NCBI GenBank assembly: GCA_030390025.1
Contig: CM059433.1
Span: 3,286,001-3,350,000, forward strand
DNA length: 64,000 nucleotides
Source of the DNA: Squalus acanthias
Lineage: Eukaryota
Direction of reading: 5' to 3'
Shown here piece by piece: positions 38,200 to 51,235 of this stretch. The position numbers and the translations under genes were made by a program. The notes under the pieces were generated by a model. The model saw only the letters and a program-made list of their open reading frames with translations. It made no database searches and was not told where the DNA came from. Numbering within the stretch: the first letter of the stretch is position 1; every line of letters begins with the position of its first letter.

Positions 38200-39678
38200 G
38201 CTAAGAAAGCTTCTTCACAGTTTTCATTTTAATTCTGAGATTTATTGATTTATGATTCTATTTTATAAATTACTTTAGGTGAAAGTTCTGGACACATGTA
38301 AAGATTAAGAGGAATGATTTTGTAGTAACATAGATGTTCCTTGTTTCAGTTCAGGTATTCCATTCTCGGAAAAGGAATGAGAATTCGGGAATTTGTACTT
38401 TCATCCTGCCCTGGTTCAGTCACTTCTTATCATTCTAGGCCTTCTGCAGGATTCCCCGGTACAATATGGACTGCCAAGTGAGACTGGTATTTTAATGCTT
38501 GCTGCTTAGTGAATCACACAGCGTGGGTCTGGAGCTGTTAGTTAGTGTGGTATTCTTCTATTGACGCTGTTCTGCCACCTGGCTTATTTGTTCTTGGACC
38601 CAGGAACATAAGTATTGGCTTTATTACTGTTGCTGACATCATTCACCAGGATGTGTAGGTAGATGAATCAATGTTGAAACAACCTGGGTCACCCCAGCTT
38701 TATTTGACTGGGTCTCACGTATATAAGAGGGAACTCACAAAGGCTCACAAAGAAGATAAATTAATATCTATAGGGAAACAAATAGATCAGCAGCCACTTC
38801 ATGGGAAACAAACTAAGTTCCTTTGCAGACAGGAGTTAGTAATCTTGTATTCCTTACACAGCACAAAAATAAAATCAATCATCACAAAAAAGGAAATTTA
38901 AAAAACTGCGGCCATGTTTTCCTCTGGTTGATACTTTGAATGAAAAGGTGAATGTTCTTAAACAAGATGTAATACCAGTAGAAAGTGCTAATGGGCAATT
39001 CATCTGCATTACTCCTATCTTAAAATGTAGTTGAGAAAACTAGGGAATAAAATTTGAATCATGAACAATTTGTACAGAATTGCATGGGATGGTTAGATCA
39101 TTTGACTTCAGTTCATCACTAATGATATGAACTTAAAGAACCAGGAGATCATTTCAGCAGTGACAGATAGGAATTGGGATGGGGCAGGAGGTGAGAGGGT
39201 TGCTGTGACACAAATCCCTAAATTAAATGCAGCCCATGTCGGGAAGCCGACAGAGAGAACGGCCAGAGGAAGGGAAAATAAAACAGGCTCCCAGAACCTT
39301 TTCCTTCTCTTTTACATAGTATCTGTAGGCAGTGCAGTGTAGCTGTAAATTCGCAGTGCTAGTGCACAGCTTCACTCACCCAGACGGCAAATGTTGGACC
39401 CCTGTATTGTTAGTTTTCTACCTGCACACCGATCACACTAGAACAAGGTAAACATGAACACTTAAATAAGATAACGAGAAGAAAATCTGTGCTGGCTTGA
39501 TAAGGGAATAGTAACTGCTGATGATTCAGCAAAGAACTGTAATTATGCACAGCTTCAGTCACAGCCACCTAATTTATTGATATCTTTGGCACTTTTATTG
39601 ATGTTTTCCAGATGTGTTCACATTGTTTGAAGGCTTTTTTCATGTGGTTAAGATGTGCTACAAAATTAGCACGCACCT

Positions 39679-40271
39679 GGGGTGATTTTCAACTGCCAGT
39701 CATTGGCTTCTCACTTGGAAAACGGGCAGCCGGCAGATAACAATCGGAGGTGGGGGGCACCTCGGTCCATAAGAGGGCTGACCAGCGGTACTTAATGGGA
39801 CCGCTCAAGAAAAAGTCCAGAAGATTTTTTTGGGAGAAGCGCTTCTCCTGGCTTCACAAAAATATTGCGGCCTTCTGTCAGCCCGTGCTTGATCCCCTCT
39901 AAGATCGGCTTCCCTCCCCACCCCACCCCCCCAAACCCCCCCCCACAACTCCTCAGCCCTGAGTGGCCTGCCAGCTCAGCCTGGGAGTTGGCCAATTACT
40001 CGCCCTCCTAAGACTGGCGAGCTGCAGCAAGGTCTCCCTTCGGCACCCATAGCTTGCCAGCAGAAGGCAAATGAGGCCCAGCCCGAGAATGATTCACACC
40101 GCCTGCCACCCAATTTTAATGGCTGCTTCCCGCCGGTGTCACAGCCGTTTTGGTCGGGAGGTTGGCAAGAGGCATGGCAATGAGGTGCAGCTGTTGAAAT
40201 GTACCACTCCCAGACGGGCCGGCCGCTCGCTTTGACTTGTCCCCGCCCGCCCGGGAGTTAAAATCGAGCCC
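39679..40271. mobile_element. Harbinger-type non-autonomous element, diverged
   Basis: GC-rich island with ends GGGGTGATTTTCAAC / GTTAAAATCGAGCCC. No clear TSD. Confidence 0.55.
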
Positions 40272-41289
40272 ACGGTTTAATGACGGTTTAGTAACAGAAG
40301 AAAATGTTTGCACATCGCTGTATATCAACATTACATAACAGAACAAGTAGACTGGGAATTGGGAAAACTATCTCAACTAATACAGTTTGTGCCAAATAAT
40401 TTCCAACAATACAGGAATCCCGCCCCGACCGCGGTTTTGCCAGACGCGAATTTCAAGTATACACGGTTTCCTCTCTGCGACAACCTTTGCCAACCGCGGC
40501 AGTGAATTTTGCGTATACGCGGTTTTAAATTTAGGATTAAGGTAAATAACATGATTTTATTGCTTTTATGTTCTTTTTTATTGTGTTATTTGAACATTTA
40601 TACTGTATTTGCCAACCGCCAGATATATGGCGTTCCTATAGAGATATGCCTCCACATTCTACATATCGTAGCAAAATCGCTCTTAAAATGAACAACGAGT
40701 GACTTTGTGGGGATTCTCAGGAGTGCTTTGTTGATTGAGAGGGAGAAGTGAATACTCATAGCTGAATACTTCTATCAGACAGCAGATGTGTCCCTGGAAC
40801 TTCAGCGTCTCCTGAGTAAATTGGGATTATCTGAATTTCTTTTTGTGTTTCACAGCTGAATTGATGAACCCTCTGATACTTGTGTGGTTGGTTAGCTGCC
40901 TGAGAGGTGTTCAAGAATCATTATAGATATGTATTGAATTGGCCAATTTTTTGTAGTTACCATTAACGAAACCACATTGCATGAAATCGCCAACTTCAAA
41001 ATCACACACACCTGCTATTTTGTCATCAGGTCATAAGTAAGTCAAAAAAGGTTTTTAACTCTTTTGTTCAAATGAAGAGGAGAATTCTCACCCAAGATCT
41101 GTCCAATATCTGGAGTTGCATTTCCGCAAATCTTGACACAGATATAGAAGAAAAAGAAACATAAATTAAGTATTGAAATCTCAGTATGGATAAGGTTAGC
41201 CTACCTTTGTCACAGGGTCAGGTTATTTGAGCCTAGGGACAACTTCAAACAGCTCAGAGCTGAGATTTTAAGAAAACGAGAAAGAGTTT

Positions 41290-41449
41290 GGGCGGTAACC
41301 TGGCAGAGTGGATGACCAATCTGTTGTAGAACTCGGCCAATTTTCATCCTGTTGAAATCAATGGGATAAAGATCGAGTGGGTTTTACGACAGGCTGGCAA
41401 TCCCATCCACCAGCGACCTGCCCATGCAGTGAAGTTGAAAATTACCCCC
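41290..41449. mobile_element. Short palindromic MITE remnant
   Basis: Imperfect hairpin centred on TTGAAATCAA at about 41356. Right end is the reverse complement of the 29677 left end. Confidence 0.55.
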
Positions 41450-43360
41450 AAGATGTGTAAAGATCAGAAGATAGGTATTGCTATAAGCCTGGAAATTGTT
41501 CTCTGTGATAATAGTGTAGCAAGACTTATATGTTCAGATGACATTCCTCTCCACTATTTTAACAGAGGTGTTAACATCTTCATTCAAATAGTAAACATTC
41601 CAAGATCAGGTAGAATTTCTCCTTACTGCAATAGGATGTTCTTGGCACAACTTACATAAAATGACTGCACCCTCGGTGTAAAGTTTTTTTTATTCGTTCC
41701 TGGGATGTGGGCGTCTCTGGCAAGGCCAGCATTTATTGCCCATCCCTAGTTGCCCTTGAGAAGGTGGTGGTGAGCCGCCTTCTTGAACCGCTGCAGTCCG
41801 TGTGGTGAAGGTACTCCCACAGTGCTGTTAGGGAGGGAGTTCCAGGATTTTGGCCCAGCGACGATGAAGGATCGGCGATATATTTCCAAGTAAGGATGGT
41901 GTGTGACTTGGAGGGGAACTTGGAGGTGATGATGTTCCCATGCACCTGCTACCCTTGTCCTTCGAGGTGGTAGAGGTCGTGGGTTTGGGAGGTGCTGTCG
42001 ATGAAGCCTTGGTGAGTTGCTGCAGTGCATCTTGTAGATGGTACATACTTCAGACACGGTGCGCCAGTGGTGGAGGGAGTGAATGTTTAATCTGAGCCCC
42101 GAGAGCGGGAGAGAGAGAAGTAGAAAATAATCAAAGTGTGACGTCACCAGAAAGCAGGTAAGTGATTGGTTGGTGAGTATTTCTCTTTTTCTCCTTTTTT
42201 CCACACTTAAATTCTGTGGTTTATAGTTTCTAGAGTCTCTGTGGTGTAGCGGGGACTGCTGTTAAGAAAGGGCCCTTGAGTGTATCATTTAATTGAAGTG
42301 AAATTGGTGGGATTCAATTAGTTTAATTTTAATTAATTAATTAAAGGGTAAGTCATGGCAGCAGAGCTCGGCGCCGTGATATGCTCCTCCTGCAATATGT
42401 GGGAAATCAGGGACACTTCCTGTGTCCCTGACGACCATGTGTGTGGGAAATGTATCCAGCTGCAGCTACTGACGGACCGCATTGCGGCGCTGGAGCTGCG
42501 GATGGATGCATATTGGAGCATTCACGACGCTGAGAACGTCGTGAATAACACGTTTAGCGAGTTGGTCACACCGCAGGTAAAGGGTGTACAGGCAGGAAGT
42601 GAATGGGTGACCACCAGGCAGAGTAAGAGGTGCAGGCAGGTAGTGCAGGGGTCCCCTGTGGCCATCCCCCTCTCAGATATACCACTTTGGATGCTGTTGG
42701 GGGGGATGACTTATCAGGGGAAGGCGGCAGCAGCCAACTTCCTGGCACCATGGGTGGCTCTGCTGCACAGGCTGGGAGGAAAAAGTGTGGAAGAGCTATA
42801 GTGATAGGGGATTCAATTGTAAGGGGAATAGATAGGCGTTTCTGCGGCCGCAATCGAGACTCCAGGATGGTGTGTTGCCTCCCTGGTACAAGGGTCAAGG
42901 ACGTCTCGGAGCGGCTACAGAACACTTTGGAGGGGGAGGGCGAACAGCCAGTTGTCGTGGTGCACATAGGCATCAACGATATAGGTAAAAAACGGAATGA
43001 GGTCCTAAAAGCAGAATATAGGGAGTTAGGAGGTAAATTAAAAAAGAGGACCTCAAAGGTAGTAATCTCAGGATTGCTACCAGTGCCACGTGCTAGTCAG
43101 AGTAGAAATAGGAGGATATTTCAAATGAATACGTGGCTAGAAGAATGGTGCAAGGGGGAGGGATTCAAATTCCTTGGACATTGGAACCGGTTCTGGGGGA
43201 GGTGGGACCAGTACAAACGGGACGGTCTGCACCTGGGCAGGGCCGGGACCGATGTCCTAGGCGGAGTGTTTGCTAGTGCTGTTGGGGAGGGTTTAAACTA
43301 AAGTGGCAGGGGTTTGGGAACCTGAGCAGGGAGACAGAGGAAAGGGAAATAAGGATAAAA

Positions 43361-43775
43361 CACGGTGGCATAGTGGTTAGCACTGGTGCCTCAAAGCACC
43401 AGGGACCCGGGTTCGAATCTGACCTCGGGTGACTGTCTGTGTGGAGTTTGCACATTCTCCCCGTGTCTGCGTGGGTTTCCTCCGGGTGCTCCGGTTTCCT
43501 CCCACAGTCCAAAAATGTGCGGGTTAGGTTGATTTGGCTATGATAAATTGACCCTTAGTGTTAGGGGGGGATTAAATATATGGGGATAGGATGGGATATG
43601 TTAGGGGGAATTAAATACGTGGGGTTACGGGGGTAGGGTGGGATATGTGTACTGTGGGGATTAAAGCAGGGATAGGGTATTGGATTTGGATGATCAGCCA
43701 TGATCGTATTGAATGGTGGAGCAGGCTCGACGGGCCGAATGGCCTACTCCTGCTCCTAGATTCTATGTTTCTATG
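43361..43775 (+). mobile_element. HE1-type V-SINE nested in the CR1
   Basis: Near-identical to 9145-9390. TAAAA direct repeat at 43356-43360 and 43776-43780. CR1-derived 3' end. Confidence 0.9.
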
Positions 43776-44040
43776 TAAAAGCTAAAGACAGGAAGAAGAA
43801 AAACAAAAGTAGAAGGCAAAGAACTCAACGGTTTAAATCAAACATGGTCATAGTAAATAATAATTCATATAGGTCTGAAAGCGTTAAAAAAACAAGCCAG
43901 AAGGCTTGTGTCTTAATGCAAGGAGCATTCGGAACAAGGTGGATGAATTAGCTGCGCAAATAGAGGTAAATGAATACGATTTGATTGGGATTACAGAAAC
44001 GTGGCCAAGGCTGGGAACTCATCATCCAGGGTTATTCGAT

Positions 44041-44782
44041 GGGCCGAAACTTGATCCCGGGACGCGAGAGTACGCACTGTGTACTCTCGCGTATTCCCAC
44101 TTCAATTGCCGGTTTTCTGCATGCCCTGCGCATGCGCTGAAAACCGGCAATTGCTCTTCTGAAAAGGGGGCGGGGCCTGGCTGCATCGCGTGCGCGCTAC
44201 AGGCTGCGCGCACGCTGTGCACTTCATGCTTTGGACGCGCAGGTAAGTAGGGAAGATTTTGGAAATGTAAAAAGGAGGAGTAAGACCCGCTTTTAAGAAG
44301 GTAAGCAGTGAATTAAGTATTTTTTTGAATTTTTTTTTACAGGTATATCTTTTTTAGAGACTTTAAAGACAGGTAAGTTTATTTTTATAACTTTTTAAAA
44401 GATTTTAAATTTTTTCAAAAATTTAATTTTTTATTTAAAATGGTTAATTTAATTAACTATACTTATTTTATTAATGTGATGTTTTTTTTTTAATTTAATT
44501 GAGGTTTAGCTGTTATTTTGGGGGGGTGTAAGATTCATAGATTTCACAGCCATGCTGTGAGACTTATGAATGGAAGATGGTGTGCTGCCATTGGCTCTAA
44601 CTGAGTCACGTGATCCCACAGCTCGCACGAATTCACTACGCCGCTGGGATACGCAAGCCCAGCACAGCTGATGTCTGGAACATCAAGTTCGTGCGAGCTG
44701 GATCTGAAAAAGCATAAGCGAGGTGAGACATCGCGGGGAAGGCTTACCCCCGCGGGAACAGAGCGAGATCAATTTCTGGGCC
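44041..44782 (+). mobile_element. Harbinger-type non-autonomous element (family B) nested in the CR1 endonuclease domain
   Basis: Imperfect TIR GGGCCGAAACTTGATC / GATCAATTTCTGGGCC (12/16). CR1 coding sequence resumes at ..FRKDRQK. Homologous to 62596-63120. Confidence 0.85.
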
Positions 44783-47700
44783 ATTATTTAGGAAAGATAG
44801 GCAAAAAAGAAAGGGAGGTGGGGTAGCATTGCTGGTTAAAGAGGGGATTAACACAATTGAAAGGAAGGATATTAGCTCTGATGATGCGGAATCTGTATGG
44901 GTAGAACTGAGAAATAACAAGGGGCAGAAAACGTTAGTGGGAGTGGTATATAGACCTCCAAACAGTAATACGGAGGTTGGGGACGGCATTAAAAGGGAAA
45001 TTAGAGAAGCATGCAGTAAGGGCACAGCAGTCATCATGGGTGACTTTAATTTACATATGGATTGGGCTAACCAAATTAGTAAAAATACTGTGGAGGAGGA
45101 ATTCCTAGAATGTTTACGAGATGGTTTTCTGGAACAATATGTCGAGGAACCAACCAGAGATCAGGCCATCTTAGACCGGGTATTATGTAACGAGAAAGGA
45201 TTAATTAGCAATCTTGTTGTACGAGGCCCCTTGGGTCAGAGTGATCATAATATGATAGAATTCTTCATTAGGATGGAGAGTGAAGTAGTTGAATCAGAGA
45301 CTAGGGTCCTGAATTTAAATAAAGGAAACTACGATGGTATGAGGCGCAAATTGGGTAGGATTGATTGGGGAATGTCACTCAAGGGGTTGACTGTGGATAG
45401 GCAATGGCAAACATTCAAAGACTGCATGGATGAACTACAGAATTTGTACATCCCAGTGTGGCATAAGAATAAAACAAAAAGGGTGACTCAACCGTGGCTA
45501 ACAAGGGAAATTAGGGATAGCATAAGATCCAAGGAGAGGTCATATAAATTAGCCAGAAAAAGCAGTAGCCCTGAGGATTGGGAGCAGTTTAAGATTCAAC
45601 AAAGGAGGACAAAGGGATTAATTAAGAAGGGGAAAATAGAATATGAAAGTAAGCTTGCTGGGAACATAAAAACTGACTGTAAGAGCTTTTATAGATATGT
45701 GAAGAGAAAAAGATTAGTGAAATCAAGTGTAGGTCCCTTGCAGTCAGAAGCGGGGGAAGTTATAATAGGGAACAAAGAAATGGCAGCCCAATTAAATGCA
45801 TATTTTGGTTCTGTCTTCACAAAGGAGGACACAAATAACCTCCCAGAGATGTTGGAGAACATAGGGTCTGATGAAAGGTAGGAACTGAAAGAAATCAGTA
45901 TTTGCAGGGAAATGGTGTTAGGAAAATTGACGGTATTGAAGGCCGATAAATCCCCAGGGCCTGATAATCTACATCCTAGGGTACTTAAGGAAGTGGCCCT
46001 AGAAATAGTAGATGCATTGCTGATCATCTTCCAACATTCGATGGAATCTGGAACTGTACCCATGGATTGGAGAGTAGCTAATGTTACCCCACTATTCAAA
46101 AAGGGTGGTAGAGAGAAAGCGGGGAATTACAGACCGGTAAGCCTGACATCGGTAGTGGGGAAAATGCTAGAGTCCATTACAAAGGATGTAATAGCTGAGC
46201 ACTTGAAAAACAGTGACAGGATCGGCTAAGTCAACATGGATTTACAAAAGGTAAATCGTGCTTGACTAATCTACTGGAATTTTTTGAGGATGTAACTGGG
46301 AAAATAGATAAGGGAGAACCAGTAGATGTGGTGTATTTGGACTTTCAAAAGGCTTTCGATAAGGTCCCGCATAAGAGATTAGCGGGTAAAGTTAAGGCAC
46401 ATGGGATTGGGGGCAAGGTATTGACTTGGATAGAGAACTGGTTGGCGGACAGAAAGCAGAGAGTAGGAATTAATGGATCTTTTTCTGAGTGGCAAGCAGT
46501 GACTAGTGGGGTACCGCAGGGATCGGCCCTTGGACCCCAGCTATTTACAATATACATTAATGATCTAGATAAGGGAATTAAATGTAATATCTCCAAGTTT
46601 GCAGATGACACAAAGCTGGGTGGGAGTGTGTGCTCCGAGGAGGATACTGAGAAACTCCAGGATGATCTGGACAGGTTGGGTGAGTGGGCAGAAGCGTGGC
46701 AGATGCAATATAACGTGGATAAGTGTGAGGTTATCCACTTTGGTGTCAAAAACAGAAAGGCAGACGATTATCTGAATGGCAATAGATTGGGAGAAGGGGA
46801 AGTGCAACGAGACCTGGGTGTCCTTGTGCACCAGTCGCTGAAAGTAAGCATGCAGGTGCAGCAGGCGGTGAAGAAGGCAAATGGTATGTTGGCCTTCATA
46901 GCGAAAGGGTTTGAGTATAGGAACAGGGATGTCCTGCTGCAGTTGTACAGGGCCTTGGTGAGACCACACCTTGAGTACTGTGTGCAGTTTTGGTCGCCTT
47001 ATCTGAGGAAGGATGTTCTTGCCATGGAAGGAGTTCAGCGAAGATTCACAAGGCTGATACCTGGGATGGCAGGAATGACATATGAGGAGAGATTGGGTCG
47101 ATTGGGCTTATACTCACTGGAGTATAGAAGAATGAGAGGGGATCTCATCGAAACATATAAAATTCTGACAGGTCTGGACAAACTAGATGCAGGAAGAATG
47201 TTCCCGATGGTCGGAGAGTCCAGAACCAGGGGTCATAATCTACGGATAACGGGTAAACCATTTAGGGCAGAAATGAGGAAGAATTTCTTCACCCAGAGTG
47301 GTGAACCTGTGGAATTCTCTACCACAGAAGGTAGTTGAGGCGAAGTCATCAAATATATTCAAGGTTGAGTTAGATATATTTCTTAAAGCTAAAGGTATCA
47401 AGGGATATGGGGAGAAGGCAGGTACAGGGTACTGAGTTTAGATGATCAGCCATGATCTCATCGAATGGCGGAGCAGGCTCGAGGGGCTGAATGGCCTACT
47501 CCTGCTCCTATCTTCTATGTTTCTATGTTTCTATAGGGTGCCAATCAAGCGGGCTTGCTTTGTCCTGGATGGTGTCGAGCTTCTTGAGTGTTGTTGGAGC
47601 TGCACTCATCCAGGCAAGTGGAGAATATTCCATCACACTCCTGACTTGTGCCTTGTAGGTGGCGGAAAGGCTTTGGGGAGTCAGGAGGTGAGACACTTGC

Positions 47701-48805
47701 CACAGAATACCCAGCCTCTGACCTGCTCTTGTTGCCACAGTATTTATGTGGCCGGTCCAGTTAAGTTTCTGGTCAATGGTAACCCCCCAGGATGTTGATG
47801 GTGGGGGATTCGGTAATGATAATGCTGTTGAATGTCAAGGGGCGATGGTTAGACTCTCTCTTGTTGGAGATAGTCAATGCCTGGCACTTGTGTGGCACGA
47901 ATGTTACCTGCCACTTATCAGCCCAAGCCTGAATGTCGTCCAGGTCTTGTTGCATGTGGGCACAGACTGCTTCAATATCTGAGGAGTTGCGAGTGGAACT
48001 GAAAGCTGTATCCAGGTCAGACAATTTTAGGTCTACCTTAACAACCCAACATTGATGTATCAGTTTAGTTTGCCTGCGCTGTCCTTTTTTAAGAATGGTG
48101 TCATGCTTGTTGTGAAGACTAAGTATTGCTCTGTCCATGCAACCACCACTTTTGGGTCACCCAATGACATATGTATACACAGAGGAACAACTTGTAATTT
48201 TGAATGTTCCGCCATACATCATTGCCTTCAGCTGGCTAGCACCTATTGCCTTTGGTTCCAACGACAATTAATCACCTAATATTTGCCTCCTTGTGGTTTA
48301 GTGAAGGATACTTAATACCTGGGAATGTTCTGGCAGATGATTCATTTGTTCTCCCTGGTGGTGGTGGTGAACTAATTAATTTAGAATTCAAGTTCCATTT
48401 CTGACCCTTGTTGCTATGGAGGTGGGAGTGCATCCAAAATTGCTTGTGATATAGTGATGGGATTGTAATAATCTTTCTTTGTGGACCAGTTATGGTCAAG
48501 CATCTGTTTGTGAATCAGAATTAAATATTTTGGTTCAAACTGGTGAATATTTATGTTTTACGGCTTCTAAAGTAGATGTCATTGCCAGAAATTAAAAGAA
48601 TTTTAAAACTTATTCTTCCTACTCCAGCCTTTATTTCAGCATATTTATAACGAATGAAAAAAACCTCTGGAATATTACATCAGAAGCCAATCAATCTAAT
48701 CAAAATTGATTTCAAGATTAATGTTGTGAGGTTGAAGCCATGTGCCATATTTATCAGGTGGGTTTCAGAGTTTTCGATCTGCATCAGATACATGGAGAAA
48801 GAAAA

Positions 48806-49208
48806 AAAAAGAAAGACTTGCATTTTTATAGCGCCTTTCACAACTACCGGACGTCTCAAAGCGCTTTACAGCCAATTAAGTATTTTTTTGGAGTGTAGTC
48901 ACTGTTGGAATGTGGGAAACACGGCAGCCAATTTGCGCACAGCAAGGTCCCACGAACAGCAATGTGATAATGACCAGATCATCTGTTTTTTGTTATGTTG
49001 GTTGAGGGATAAATATTGGCCCCAGGACACCGGGGATAACCCCCCTGCTCTTCTTCGAAATAGTGCCACGGGATCTTTTACGTCCACCTGAGAGAGCAGG
49101 CGGGGCCTCGGTTTAACGTCTCATCCAAAAGACGGCACCTCCGACAGTGCAGCACTCCCTCAGCACTGCACTGGAGTGTCAGCCTAGATTTATGTGCTCA
49201 AGTCCCTG
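48806..49208 (-). mobile_element. DeuSINE (SacSINE1-like), head truncated at a MITE
   Basis: Collinear with 25897-26305. Confidence 0.88.
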
Positions 49209-49860
49209 GAGGTAGAAATTTGTTATGGCTCGTATTTGGGCGTATTACTGACAACGTGCAAGCAGCGCGCACTAGATCCGAGAGGCCTGAGGTTCGCTCG
49301 AAATTGGGAGTCGGGCCTCATCTTAAGAATTGGGGCGAGCTGCCAGCAGCTGTTACGCCTCCAAAGGCAGCTCGCTCATTAGTGGTGTTCCAATTTAGGC
49401 CATCTGCCTCGCGGACAGCGGGTCTCAAGTAAGTCCTGGAGGGAGGAGGGGGGGGAATGAAGAACAGGAGAGGTTCCAATTGTGGGCTGCCAGTAGCTCT
49501 CAGGAGTGTTGTAGAGCCGGGTGGAGCACTCCTGCTCCTCCTGGTTCCATAGGAAGGTAAGTTTAGAAAAAACGACCTTTTGATGCCGGCCACTTGTTAG
49601 GCCGCAGCAAACTCACCCAAACCTCAGCAAAGCAGGCCTGGCACTGACCAATTTTGCTGAGGGCTCCTTAAACAGATGGTAGGTTCCTCATTAGCATATG
49701 AAAGGACCCTAGGGCCTGTTGAAGAAGGTGGCCACCAGGGATGCCTGAAAGTTGACCGAGGCCAATGTGGCATTGGACGTATTTCAGGTGTCCTTGGGGT
49801 GCAGGTATTGCCCTGTGAATTTGAGTATTTTCACCCCCATTGAGGACCAATTTCTACCCC
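49209..49860. mobile_element. Harbinger-type non-autonomous element
   Basis: TIR GAGGTAGAAATT / AATTTCTACCCC, flanks CTG/ATG. Confidence 0.7.
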
Positions 49861-51030
49861 ATGGAGTCTGCATCTCTGGTGAAGACAGTTGCACAAAAGA
49901 AAGGACGTTGTTTGATCAAATGATGTGGCCTTGTTTTTCCTATACTTCACAATATAGTAGTGGCAGATCGCTGCACAAGATGCATTGAAACTAATTAAAA
50001 GTGAACCAGCGTTAGTGTATGTTTCAGTGGTGTTTCGCTCCAATTCAAGCCCATATCCAAATGACTACATTTGCAATCAAAGCTAATGATGCATTTTTCA
50101 GGTTTTATTCATATTTCTTCCAAACTAGTGAATTATCATTTCAAATGAAATATATAAATCAAACTAATGGCAGTCTAGCTGTGGGTAGCCAGCTCAATCA
50201 AACCAGCCAAGTTTAGTGAGAGATTATCATTGTGGCCAGGTACCGCACTTATTTCTATGGGCACCATATATCCAATCCATTCGACTGCCAATGCTTGCTC
50301 TAAGAAGCATAACGTCGGCAAGTAATCATTTATACTTCTTGTCAGTCCAGTTAATTCTAGCTGTGAATTTTGAAGGCCTTATGAAGAATAACAAATATAT
50401 CATATGTAGGTCATTATCTTACCCTATATTTGGTAAACAATGAAATGACAGTTCGCAATCATATATTAACAAATGTCGCTTCGATGTGACATTTCTGCAT
50501 GTAACTGTGCAATGTTTCTCCCCCATGAATAATGCACCAAATCCACACTGCATAGTAAAAGCAGCACATATCCATTAAGGGTTATCTTGCTATGTTGGGC
50601 TAACTAGTTTAGTAAGTCTCAGGCAGTGAAGCAAATTTAAAAGGCAAAGCTTGATAGACTTTATCACTTAATTAAATGGAATAAAAAAAAACAATAATTT
50701 GATCCTAATTCCAATACTATTAACCTAGACAGCTTGTGCCACAGTTACTTTACCATATATAACAACAACAACTTGTATTTATATAGCGCCTTTAACGTAG
50801 TAAAACATCCCAAGGCGCTGCACAGGAGTATTTTAAGACAAAAATTTGACACCGAGCCACATAAGGATAAATTAGGGCAGGTGACCAAAAGCTTGGCCAA
50901 AGAGGTAGGTTTTAAGGAGCGTCTTAAAGGAGGAAAGAGAGGTAGCAAGGCGGAGAGGTTTAGGCAGGGAATTCCAGAGCTTAGGGCCCAGGCAACAGAA
51001 GGCACGGCCACCAAAGGTTGAGCGATTATA

Positions 51031-51235
51031 TTGAGAGGTCGCACAACACCAGGTTATAGTCCAACAGTTTTAGTTGAAATCACAAGCTTTCGGAGCTATC
51101 ACTCCTTCCTCACCTGAGGAAGGAGCGATAGCTCCGAAAGCTTGTGATTTCAAATAAAACTGTTGGACTATAACCTGGTGTTGTGCGACCTCTCAATTTT
51201 GTCCACCCCAGTCCAACACCGGCATCTCCGCATCA
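51031..51235. mobile_element. Penelope-like 3'-end insertion forming a near-perfect hairpin
   Basis: About 83-bp inverted arms (2 mismatches) around CC at 51113-51114, plus a ~38-nt tail. 12-bp TSD TGAGCGATTATA at 51019-51030 and 51236-51247. The L2 at about 60950 shows the empty site. Confidence 0.9.
51111..51146 (+). ncRNA. Minimal type I hammerhead ribozyme (Penelope-type)
   Basis: cac-CTGAGGA-a-ggagc-gata-gctcc-GAAA-gct-t-gtg. Confidence 0.75.

Larger units (their letters stand above)
42091..47534 (+). mobile_element. Near-full-length CR1 LINE (5' UTR, ORF1, ORF2, 3' UTR, tail), inactivated
   Basis: ORF1 42355-43301: CSSC..CGKC zinc finger, leucine heptads and GDSIVR/HIGINDI/DGLHL SGNH domain, one frameshift. 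ORF2 about 43900-47435: APE + RT with stops at 45879 and 46227. (TTCTATGT)n tail. Confidence 0.97.
41686..48002 (-). mobile_element. CR1/L2-group LINE 3' fragment, split into 41686-42090 and 47535-48002 by a CR1 insertion
   Basis: QQDLDDIQAWADKWQVTF..KCQ, YKAQVRSVMEYSPLAW, HHWRTV..YKMHC..RSFIVAGPKSWNSLP. The two halves are collinear with the uninterrupted copy at 1-229. Confidence 0.85.

Noticed and set aside
40410..40530. Tigger/mariner-like MITE end (TACAG.. with CCGCGG repeats)
   Set aside because: No matching opposite TIR could be found.
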